DNA of 64,000 bases from Chrysomallon squamiferum. Lineage: Eukaryota > Animalia > Mollusca. Under the pieces are notes generated by a model. The model did no database searches. It was not told the DNA's origin and saw only the letters and a list, made by a program, of their open reading frames with translations. The position numbers and the translations under genes are program-made. The stretch is from NCBI GenBank assembly GCA_012295275.1, contig CM022669.1, positions 12,896,001 through 12,960,000 of the forward strand, read 5' to 3'. The stretch's first letter is position 1; the number at the start of each line of letters is the position of its first letter. Of this stretch, positions 13,887 through 26,928 are shown piece by piece.

Positions 13887-14665
13887 GGAAGAAAAGGAAA
13901 AAAGACAAATAAAAACAAAATTAGAAAAAAAAATGTTAGATAAAAATAATGTTAAATATGCAGAAGAATTTTGAGAAAGAATATCTTTATTCCTTTCATG
14001 ATAAAATGTCACAAAATGTCATTCGAAAAGGGAAAAATGAGAAACGATAAAGTCAAATACAGCAGCAGTATAACTCATTGGGTAAGTGAACACTAAATAT
14101 TTTGGAACGTCTTAAGGAAAAGAAAAAAAGTACTAACACATGATTAAATAAAGTCTACAGCGACTAACCGATAAACAGCAGATTAAATGTTTGCGAACAG
14201 TTTTCCTAATATTTTACTAACATGAATAAACAAAACAGAAGTAAGCAAAAGAAATGATGTTGAACTAAATATCTATTTTAATATTAAAAATTTAAACTGA
14301 TTGGAATGGTAATCAAAATCAGACGAGGTCAGTTTTATTCTAAATGCTGTGCAGTATATAGTATTCACTTGATAACGTCATAATTAATATGACGTAGAAT
14401 ATTCCGAAAAAAAAACAATTACATGGATTAAAAAAAAAAAAAATAAATAAATAAAATGGGAGTGCTGAATAATGAAAATTAAAATAATAATCATAATATC
14501 CGTGTCTAGGTAAGGAAGAAAAAAAAGATATATATATATATATATATAAGCCAGTAATTTCACAAAATGAAGCAACATTTAGGCTGGAGGAAACATTGAC
14601 GAAAACGAAGACAAACAGAATATCGAAACTGAAATTGTCACATCGCTTGAAAACTATAATTTTAC

Positions 14666-14701
14666 CAAATAATTCGTATTTTGGCGGTGATCTTTGAACA
14701 T
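14666..14701 (-). CDS. Candidate 36-nt inter-Ig linker microexon (DVQRSPPKYELF)
   Basis: cattttatatttcag|ATGTTCAAAGATCACCGCCAAAATACGAATTATTTG|gtaaaa. Symmetric phase 1-1, stop-free, Pro-containing linker-like peptide, located between the Ig1 and Ig2 exons. The donor is only moderately strong. Confidence 0.55.
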
Positions 14702-15069
14702 CTGAAATATAAAATGTGTTACAGTACTTTGAAGGTGTTGATATTGTCGTCACATTACTAAGAAACAGTTGTAAATCGTGTTTCAAATTTTCTTCAAAAA
14801 AAAAAAAAAAAAAAAATTGTGCTTTTTATTAGCGTGAAATATGTCAGGAATTAGAAGGTACTACTAAAAAATGCATTTAAATAAAGAACAAAGTTTTGGA
14901 AACATTATCACTAACGCTGTTTCTTAATGAGGTGACGATATATTTTGGTTAACCAAATTTAAAGCTAAAATAACTTGTTGTTAATAACATCATTTAGTCT
15001 TTGTTAATTCAAAATGTAAAGATAATGTATTATTCGTTAATTAAATCTGAGATATTAAAAGTGAACGGC

Positions 15070-15105
<36 letters not shown>

Positions 15106-15169
15106 CAGTATAGTAATATAATAGTAGTAGTATTAGCAGCAGTAGCAGTAGTAAGAGTAGTTTTAGTAT

Positions 15170-15200
<31 letters not shown>

Positions 15201-17386
15201 GGTGGTGGTGATGGTTGTGGTAGTAGTAGAAGTAGTAGTAGATGTAGTACAAGTGGCAGTGGTAGTGGTAGTAGTAGTGGTTGTTGTAATAGTGATGGTA
15301 GTGGTGGTAATAGTAATAGTAAAAGAAGTAATAGTATTAGTAATTAAAACAATAGTTTTGATAGTTATCTGATTACTTTGTTACATAATTTTATCAAGAG
15401 ACATAATATTATTACGTTCAGTATTACAGACACCTTGGTATCGAGTACTGGTATATTTTCTACAGTCGCTAGATTTCTGTGCGCGCGTGAGTCTGTATTT
15501 CTGTGAGTGTGCTTGTGAGTGCACCTCTTTTGCGTACTTATTGGCATATCAATCGGCTCTATTATCAGTATATTTAATAAAAGGATTTTAAGTGTTGTGA
15601 GTCTACGAGGAATGCTGTTGTTTTCTGAAATAACTTTATCAGACAATTGGGTGCTGTTTGTACAAATGCTGATAATTTTTATTACGCAGTATTTATTTTT
15701 TTAATCAAAATCATAAGGTCATAATTGCTATTTAAGTGAACACAATTAATTTTCGAGTAAACAGTGTCTTTTCCTGTTATTGGTTCATTTCTAAATGTAC
15801 TTTTAAAAGAGATAAAGGTTAATTTAAAAAAAAAAAAAGGAAGGACACACATTTCAGACTGTATCGTTTTCTACACAGCTAATCTTTTCATAACCGTTTG
15901 TTTTGTCCGCATCGTTCTAAGATCAAATCTAAGCATTATAAATACAGATTAAATAATCTAATACATTTGGAATATTATTATTGTTTTTTCTGTTGTTGTT
16001 TCTTTCTTAGATTTAGAACAGTATTTTATAGGATCTTTAAAAATTACACCAACGAAACTGAAATATTTCTGCTGTGTCTACAGGCCAAAAAACCCCAGAT
16101 ACCTATATGAACACAGAAAGTAGCTCATTTTCTTTTGATCCAGTTGGTTGGATAACTTTTGAATGATGTGATATTAATTTTATAGCATAAGAGTACGAAC
16201 CTGACATTAACATACTGAACTAGCATTGGAATCATGGTTTATCACTTCCAAAGGCTGTGACATTGTTACGATAAAATAATTGATGCAAAACCATGTGGAT
16301 AAATATGTCTCTGCAGAATTAGCGATTCTGCAGCGGGACCGTGGTTCGAACCCAGTACTGTCGATGCACTGTCTTCCTCAAGTTGACAGAACCACAGCTA
16401 CTGCCGAGTTTTGAGAGCGACGTCTGTGATTAAGTAATTATTTAGCGACTGACTGACGCCCAGGCGTTTTAATCGACAGGTTAATTTCCATCCTCCGCGA
16501 GATAAGTCAATTTGTAGGTTTCCAGCGACTGTTAACTTTCTTTGGAGGAAATGATCTCGGAATGCAACGTCTTCGTCGCAAACCTGCATCTGCCGAAAGG
16601 AGCGGTCGAGCGAGCTGCAAGTTCAATTAGTGTGTGCACATTTAAAACTGATTATTCACCTCAGCGATTTGGTAATTAATCAACGCTGTGCTTTGTGCCT
16701 CGTGCAAGTAAGCACGTTTTACACGTGTCCTGCAGAACACGTGCTGTCCTGATAGTGCAATTGAACGGCGGGTGTTCGTTATGATTATATAACAGTAACG
16801 TGTGTAATCTTGTTTTGTTGTTTTTTGACTTTTTTCGAGGGGGTGGAGTACGTGTGTGATAGTCACGTGTCGCTGAATTCGACCCTGTTATGTGTTTTAG
16901 TTGGAACTGAAATGTATTTTTTCGATAAGGAAGTACGCGGCAAAGTGAACCAAGATTAGATTTTTTTTTTTTTTTCCAGTGCAATAAAGTCTTTAACCAT
17001 AAATGCTATCCTAACCTGTTTATCTTCTACGTTTATTCAGAGATGTTTGGTATGTAAATAGCTATCACAGTGATAGCAATAATTAGATCTGCGTTGATGG
17101 CCGACAGATTAATATGATAAATACAGGCTACGTATTTATCTGTCCAGCAGGATATACTTTGCATCGCCGTTATAACGTATAATGTTAACAACGATTTCTT
17201 CATTTTGCGTTTCAATCCCGGTTTATGCGATTTTTTACGTCATTGTAGCCTTACAACTTTATCATCCGGGAGGAACAGGCAAGCCAAAGAAAGTGACCAT
17301 CCTCATTTTAACTGTCTTTTCAAGAACAGACCATGGATTCCAGAACAGGCGAAATGTGTTGGATATAGAACTAAGATTATAGATAG

Positions 17387-17417
<31 letters not shown>

Positions 17418-19050
17418 AGAAGAAGAAATCAGTCAAGGGATAAAAGGGAGTGGTAGGTTAGCAAATGATTGCTTCCCTCCCCCTCTGAATCAACAAATAC
17501 ATGTCACTGTTTAAAAATCAAGCACGATAAGTATTTTATATCCCTATTAACGGTTTTTTTGTGGGTTTGTTTGTGGGGGTTTTTTTGCGAAGATCCCAGC
17601 TTTATGACTCTTATCACTGCTTGTCTAGAACTGCATGACGTAATACGCCGTAGAGATTCAGACGATATTACAGTTCTTGAAAGCGGTTTATCAGTCGCCT
17701 GACAGTCAAAAGTGTGTAAAGCAGCGGAAAACCATCACCTTAGTGAACCTGTTACGTCAGTTTCTATTACTTGAGATATACAGCTTCAGAATAAAGAGAC
17801 ATTTTGCATGATCACATCTGTATGAATAAAGCATCCAGCAGACTCCGATGAGATCTGCGATATATCTGTACTTATCTTCTACATCAAAGAACAATAAATC
17901 ATCGGCGCTGGATTTAAATTGGTATAACGAACAATTTTTAAACGATTATACACTTTTTTCTCTTTACTGCATACTGGATGCATCATATGTATGTTTGTGC
18001 TATAAGGAAAACCTAACCACCAAGGTGTAGTAGATGGTTTTCCTCACCAAACTTTACATTTATCAAGGCCGTAAAAAGATAATAATCAGTTAGAAAGTGA
18101 ACTGGTCAAATTATTTATTAGTTAGGATACATATATAACTTGTACAGATACATAAACATAGAAGTTATGCGAATAGGTTACGCTGTCGTTAATATATATT
18201 TTTTTGTATTTCTTTGACATATGGGAACTCCTTTTAACAACGTGGCCAGACAACTCTCTCTCTCAGAGAATATTCATGTCATGCCATGGCAATTCCTTCT
18301 AGACTGGTGTCTTTCATGTGAAAAAAGACTTTCAATATATTCACATGCTAATTTCATAAGCCGTTAAAGAGACTCCCAACGCGACTGCAGCACTTTGCCC
18401 ACCGTCCCAAACCGATTATATGCGGAAACCAAAAAAAATGAGAACAGTATATAAAACTAACATGAAAATTGATGGAAAAATTTTCCTTAATAAAACATCT
18501 CAGATTAAAGGCGACAGGGTCAATTTCCCAATAACCGTTGGGTGAAAATGGAAGCGAGCGCGGAATGTAGGTCAATTTGCTACAACGTCACATCGTTGAT
18601 GTTTATAGCGACGTCCAAGTAACCTCTTAGTTCCGTGGGCCCGTGCGCTGACCGAGAAACATAATATTTCATGTAGACTGGCGTGCTGGGGCTGTCGCGT
18701 GAAATAATGTATCGAAAGCTGTGTCAATTTTCTGCCAAACGAAATCAGTCGCGGGATTCGTTTGTCGATAGCCCCACACGACGCCTATTAGTTTTGTCAA
18801 TCAAAATATTGTTTGATGCTGTAACTGGCATGGTTCTGTGTGTATACGAGTTCATTGAACTTTACGACCACAAACTGTTGGTAAACTTGTGATGTTGGTT
18901 AACAGCAGGTAACTTGGACTTCACCCATGTTTTTTCTTCTCCCTTTGATTTTCATATGGTACCATCAGTGATTCAACATAAAGAAAATGTTCTTATTTAA
19001 ATGTCCTCGTATTTATTCGATATGCCAGTAACTGTGCTTTGGTGTTCAGT

Positions 19051-19084
<34 letters not shown>

Positions 19085-20375
19085 TGTAGAATGGAAATAA
19101 AACATGTAATTTACCAATAGTCTAATTTTTGCAATACGAGAAATAAAAACTAGCTAACAGCTAAGTAACTAACTAGCTAGCTACATAACTAACTTACTAA
19201 CTAACAAAATAAATAAATAAATAAACATCGCAAGTTATTTGGCACTTAATGTACAAATTATGCAAATGTCTTTTAAACGATATTTTCAAAGAAAAAGTAA
19301 AATGAACTGAACAAGAAACAATAGACACAAACATCAAACTAACTACACTGATAAATTAAATCATCTAATTTAAGATTTCCTGTGTAATATCAAAACAAAG
19401 CTTATATAATTAAATACTGGAACTAGAAATTTTCTATATTTTCAACTTAATTATTTATAAAATATTCGTGACAGTACGTACATGACAAAGATACAAAAAA
19501 ACTAAAATCTAGATATTCTACAAAGGAACCTACTTTTAATTAATATGTTTAACCTTTTTTTTGATAAATAAATAAATAAATAAATAAATATATCTATTAC
19601 AATAATGGTTAATCTTTGCGGAGGTGAAAGTGAGTTGACAATATTTTGATATTACGGTTGAATGTTACAATGAACGGAAATACCTGTCAAATGTTTACCC
19701 TTTTAAAAGAAGTTGTATGATTTATTTATTTATTTACTTTTTTCTTTAACACCTGTTCATTAATGAAATTATATTCTTCATCACTACTTTCAGGAGATGT
19801 TCATTTCTAAAGAGATTTTTTTTAAACAAAATTCCATTTACTACGGAAACTGGCAAATGAATTGTTTTATCACAGCGATGTTGATAAACTTATTTACTCT
19901 TCATTTTCTTCTCAGTTTTCATTAGCAAATCCGAACTGACAGATTAATTTCGTTCTTCTGCTGTAATCTAAAATACATTTGTTTCACGTAAACGTTGTTA
20001 CCCAAGTTAATGTTATTAAGTTTTGTAACAGCGAGCGTAAAAGAACGATTATTGCGTTATATCCTATTTCACTGTGTTGGTTTTTAATTCTATCACGAAG
20101 ATTCATTTATCGTGTTATATCTTTTATTAATGTATATAACTGGGTTTTATGGTATAGTTCGGTTGTTGCATCACTGTTTTGCATCATGTTATATATTGTA
20201 ACGGTATTGCATTGTTTAATACTGCACTGCATCGTATTTTATTGTAGATCAAATCATATTCTGGTTTCTACAATAGTAAAGAAGAATTAAACGTTTGAAG
20301 AAAAGAATTGTAATCTGAGATTTAGATAAATGTGTTTTTTCCATTTTTCATCCTTCGTGATAATTTATGTAATTT

Positions 20376-20433
<58 letters not shown>

Positions 20434-20614
20434 TATTTCCTAAATATTTCAAAGATTTTCATTGCTAATATTGAAATTATGGTTTGATATGGTTTTAATT
20501 TTTTCCTCAAATGTATTTAATTTCTATAATTAACATATAACCAAAGTTAAAGTTTTCACTAATACTAAAAAAAAAAAAAAAAATATATAAAAGATATATA
20601 CCCTTTGTCAGCTT

Positions 20615-20790
20615 AAATTAACGTTATAGCTAACATCCTAACAAGCTTATGTAAGTATACTCTATATCCTGACCAACTAGGCTAAAGTTAATATTATAAC
20701 TAACATTCTACAAATTCTCTAGGATAAGTATAGTTACTGGTTAACCAATGTTAATGTTTTCGCTAACATCCTAACAGATCGTTATACTTA
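20615..20790. repeat. Degenerate tandem repeat of about 70 bp, 2.5-3 copies
   Basis: Recurring ttaa..tt...gctaacatcctaaca...taagtata blocks. Confidence 0.55.
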
Positions 20791-21083
20791 CCTAAATATC
20801 CTGTTGGTTTTACTGGTTCTGAAACAGAAGCACAGTGAACCGTTTGATAAAAGTAGAAAACAGCAGAAAGAGGTGAATGGCAACAAACAAAGCATTTAAT
20901 AATAACGTGAAGTAAAGTGTTCTTTCGATGATTCGTACAAAACAGCCTAAATACATTTCGTATACGTTCTTCTTATTGTTTCATTTGTTTTTGGTGTCCA
21001 AACTTTGTTAATAATAAAGTATGCCAAGAATACAACATACACGTAAGGATAAATGGAAGCTTACAATGCATTATTTCCCTTTT

Positions 21084-21119
21084 ATGACGTCATTTCGTAG
21101 ATTAAAGAAATGACGTCAT
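21084..21119. promoter_or_regulatory. Pair of full CRE palindromes in a 13-bp inverted repeat
   Basis: ATGACGTCATTTC-gtagattaaa-GAAATGACGTCAT. TGACGTCA at 21085-21092 and 21111-21118. Confidence 0.5.
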
Positions 21120-21314
21120 GAGAAAAGGAAAAAATGGTGGGTTGTAAATTATCCTCTTAAGTGTGTTATTTCATTACCAAATTTTATTATCAGCAAAAAT
21201 ATGCTGCTAGCAACAAATAAAACAATAAGAAAATGGTAGACATAGTGCATTTAGACTATCTGTACGACCAAAGCTGCAGATATATTTAAAAATAAATAAA
21301 TAAATAAAAAAAAA

Positions 21315-21358
<44 letters not shown>

Positions 21359-21366
21359 CAACAACA

Positions 21367-21401
<35 letters not shown>

Positions 21402-21473
21402 CAACAAAAATAATTAATAATAATAAAAAAAAAAAAAAAATAATTGTAAAAAAAAAAAAAAAAACAATTATTA

Positions 21474-21505
<32 letters not shown>

Positions 21506-23304
21506 ACTTTCAATTTGGATTTTTAAAATATTTTTAACTGAACCGATGATCTTGTGATAACGATGAAAATGATTAAGATGATAACATCTGTAAGGAAGAT
21601 GATTGTGATAACATGTATCTCCGCACATAAAACCCAATTACAGACAAAAATCATTAATAATATGCAGAAGAGTGAACTACACGACTTAATTAACATATTT
21701 CCTAGACAGGCGGGATCACAAATATAAGCTACGAGATCTTGTTACTAAGAATGTCATCAATATATTCTGGCACGTTAATGAAGTCATATCTTTCAGCGTG
21801 GTAAAAGAATTTATTGACTTTAAAAATAAAATTAAAAAATAGCGCGTTTGCTTTATTGCTGTCTAGTGCATGAAGGCATGAAATTGTTGGGCTCGCGTAA
21901 AACAGCTGAAACTGCATTCCACTTCTGAAAGTTATGTACAGTGAAGGTTATTTATTTAGTGGCTGGTAACACGTAAGCATTGGGGTAACAGGTTTCATTT
22001 CTCAAATACTGATTATTAAAAAAGAAAGAAAAAAAAAATGATATATACGATATCTGAAAAAGGCTAGCATAGTAAATAACAATACTATTTGTAAGTAAAT
22101 ATTCTTGAAGTTTTTTTTCAAAATTTCACCTAGTAAACAAATAATGTAAAACAAAGACAGAATACTAAACGCTTTATCTGTTAGAATCATTCATACATGT
22201 CTGTATAACTTAATACATAAGTTGCACTTTGTATCAATGGTATATGTAACTGTGCTAATTTAAGCCTCAAAGATTACGCACGCACGCCTACGCACACACA
22301 CACACACACTCTCGGACAAATAGACCCACTATCAAATTCAGACACTAACGCGTATAAAACTCAGTTTTACTCTTTTATCTTTTTTTTTTTTTTTTTTTTT
22401 GTTAGTTCATTTAATCAGCGTGTTTTCTTTTCTTGAAACTCGAACACAAACACAGATACTGGGCGATCTCATTTACTTTCTTAACACCCAACTCCCTATT
22501 TTTAATTTTTATAAATGTATAATTTACACGATGAAGACATTTTAGCGCACGAGACAACAATAAATAATCGCTATTTTTGATTTGATAAATATTTAATCGT
22601 CAAGGGTCCAAATTTAAACACCGGAGTCTAAAATAGAAATTTAATCTTTAAAACAATGTACCTAATAAATAACTTGTTTTAAATGTAACGATTTTATCAT
22701 TGAGTGAATGACATTCCAGTTTTACGTCGTAATTTTGTAGACAGTGGAATGAGTGATAGTATGCATATATGATATCTATGAGATAAATGCAAACATACAT
22801 CAATAACGACCACCACTACCGCTACCAATATGTTTACCGCAGCTACTATTCCTACTACTACTTCTACTACAACTTGTTCTACTGTTATTACTACTAATCT
22901 GTTGCTATTATTACCACTAGGACCGTAACTAACTTTCGTTTCATCATTTATTATTATTACTACAACTACTGTTACTTAATCAGTGGTGCTGCTTATGTTA
23001 CTACACATTCCTACTACTCCTATCACATCTACAACTACTACTACTTGTGCTCCTACAACTAATACTTCTATTATTACAAATACTACTAATACTAATACTA
23101 CGCAAATGACTTTTAATAACATGAAAAATACGACAGAAGTATGAATAATAAAATGATTAGGAACAAAAGCAGTGTGACAATATCAAAACATTGATAGCAA
23201 AATAGAAAAGAAAAACGATGATGACGATATTGACAGCCATTACAACAACAATGACAGTAATAAAACTACTACTACTGCTTCTACTACAACTAAGACTACT
23301 ACTT

Positions 23305-23373
<69 letters not shown>

Positions 23374-24078
23374 CAGAAAGGGAAAGCTTTGTATTTGATC
23401 ATCGTATACTATTCAGTCCTTTGCCGAAGAATTAAAAGTCCTGTTACTAACGAATTCTACACGTTTGCTATAAACTGATCCTCTTACATAAAGATTTCGT
23501 AACATAAGATGATACGGTAAGACGATATTTATTCGCGTTAAGTTAAGACAGAAAAAAAAGATGAAGAAGAAAAACGTTACAGTATTCTAAAAATACTTAA
23601 TTTTTCACTTCATGAGGTGATGGACAGTTGTCAGATGAAAAAGATGTTTTAGATTGTACGGCTGATGTGTTTATCAGCCCGAGCAGCTAGCTAGTGTTTA
23701 CGATAAGATTTACGGTAACACCTTTGAGTAAGCGAGTCGTAGAAGTTCTAAATTTACTCTCCACTTCACTTAAACGGATTAAACCTTGACTGTAAATAAT
23801 TCTTCAACCTTTGAAAGAAATGTTACGTGCTTTTACGTTTTATGAGAACTACTACTTCTTCTTCTTTTTTTATTTTTATTTTTTCCCTAAAAGTCTAACT
23901 GTGTAAAAGCATTAATTTACTACCTTTTGCATTTCAGCTTTTAAAAACAACAACAAAAACTGACTGATTGTAATGCATGGACGAGCCCATGATTTCAGGA
24001 AAAGGGGTGCCGTTATTGAGGTGACGTTAACATTTTAAAATGAAATGAGATTTATTTTAAACTACTACTACTATTACA

Positions 24079-24109
<31 letters not shown>

Positions 24110-24686
24110 ATAATAATAATAATAATAAATGCAAGTATGTATCTATGTATCCCCTTCTAATTAAAGCTTTACTTGACCTGTTTAACAGATGATTTGGTCC
24201 GTCTTTTGCATAACTATTTCAACCAAAAGTATTCATACTGTTTCCCGCCACGTGCGCTGACCTTGAAGCTTCACGTGTTGTCTGCTGTCACTAATTCGAC
24301 TAATGCAATGTAGCAATATTTTGGACAAGTTGTTTACAGATATCGCCGATTATTGATCATCAGCCATTGGTGTCGGTAGAGCAGACGTGAACTGAACATT
24401 GCAGACGATCAGTTTAACACATTTTACGATTAGTTTCTGGCTCGGTGTCATGTCTGCAGCGAATAATCTAATGTTTTGTTGTTGTGTATGGCAGGTTACG
24501 ATAGTTTTCGCCGGTGAATTTTTATAAAATATGTAAAATACAGTTTTTAACCAGTTTGTAAATTAATATATGGTAGCAGTTTTAAAACTGTTTCATTTCG
24601 GAATGGTAAAAAGAAGAATAAGAAAAGAAAAGCAAAAATACAAATACAAATATATATTTATAAGTGAAAATATTACTCTTAACTGC

Positions 24687-24743
<57 letters not shown>

Positions 24744-25431
24744 ATTTAGACTGAAATAAATAAAAAAAAAAAAAAAAAAGAAGAAAAAAGCATTTCTCAA
24801 AACTTTATCTCATTCAGAAATAGTTGTCGTTTAAACAAAAAAGAAAAAAAAGAAAGAAGTTGTTTACGAGAATACAAGGCTTTATCTTTGGAAACAAATC
24901 CGTGTTTCGTTTTTATATTTCATGATTTATCTGCTAAAGTTTGTACACATTTACAAGCAGATTACCATAGTGCGATATGATCAGCAGTACGGGCGAATCT
25001 GCAGTTTTACAAAGAGGCGGTATAATTATCAGTATGAAAAGTAATTTGTTATACAAAAAGAAAAAAATTTAAAAAATTAAAAAAATTAAAGAAAGAAAGA
25101 AAGAAGAAGAAGAAAGGAAAAAAAAAAGAATAAAAAGAAAAGAAAGAACTATCGTCTGCAAAAACGAACAATGGCGAATGCGAATCAACGTTTTTCATTG
25201 CAGTCGTTTCAGTAATTTATGACGGGCAGATAGTAATTGTCATAAAAATCACTACAGTAACATTGGAGATTTGCTTTTGGCATTTTCCTATTCCTGTCAG
25301 CTGTTGCGCATAAATTATAAATTTGGCTTAACTCTCTTTAGCGTCGTTGTAAAAAAAAAAAAAAAAAAAACGATGTGTCTATAAGAAGTAAACTGAAGAA
25401 TTTTTTACTTTTTTATTTCTATTTATTTATT

Positions 25432-25466
<35 letters not shown>

Positions 25467-25841
25467 TTTTTGAATATTTTATTATTTTTTAGAATCTTGG
25501 AAAGGTGCCTATCTTTAATAAGCTTAATTAAGTCTGACTGGTGTAGAATAATTACTACATGACACAGATGTGTATGTATATTTGAATACACGAGATATTT
25601 AAAGAAGTACTTGAGTAAATAAATGCGTGGGTGGAGTGATGGATGAGTGACATTGCGAGTCTGCGAAAAATCGCGTGAAAGTTAAAGACGGAGAAAGGAT
25701 ATTTATGTGTACATAGGTCTATTAATATATGTTGCTTGATGTTTTAAGTGTGTGCGTGTGTGCGTGTGTGTGAAGAACGAGGAACGGATAAAACGCGGAG
25801 GGTAACAGAGTGAATGAATAACAAGTTACAGAAGGAAAATT

Positions 25842-25915
<74 letters not shown>

Positions 25916-26732
25916 GATGTTAAATACTTTATCGTCTAAAGTTCAAAAGTAGTGTATAAGTCCATACATACATACACAAACAGGCTTACATTTAAACATA
26001 TACATATATATACATAAATACCTTCGTACGTGCATACATACACGCACACATACATACATATACACACACACACACACACGCACACACACAAAATTAGTAA
26101 ATAATTTCGGCTATATATATATTATATAAGTTAATATGATTTACTTTTGAGACCTACAACTAGGAATTCGCCAACCACAGAACCACGTAAACATTTCACG
26201 TTGTCTAAAATGACTCGTCAAACGCGTCCCTGTCATTTTCGTTTCGATTCGTCTATCAAATCTGAGGTTTCCCATAACGACGAAGTCGTAGAAGTGGTCG
26301 CTGGAACACTGTTGACTGCTTACAGCCTATCAGTGTCAACGTGCGGTTATAAAGAACAGATATATATATATATATATATACGTAGAGAAACGTCACTGTT
26401 AATTAATAGCAGATGTTTCATTAACACCCGCAGAGATAGTGTACATGTGAACAAATAATGATAGTTTTAATAGTATTACCAACAAAGGTAGTATTAATAA
26501 AAATAAAGAAGAAAGTTCTTTTCTAATATCTTCTGCGGTAATGATGATGATGATGATGATGATGATGATAATGATAATAATAATAATAATAATAATAAAA
26601 AAATGATGATGATAATAATAATAATAATAAATAAGTAAACATATATATAAATAAATAAATAAATAAATAAAATAAAATAAAATAAACAAAATAATATAAA
26701 ATGAAATAAATGATAATAAAGAAGGAAACAAC

Positions 26733-26794
<62 letters not shown>

Positions 26795-26822
26795 TCAGAG
26801 AGAGAGAAAGAGAGACAGAGAC

Positions 26823-26928
<106 letters not shown>

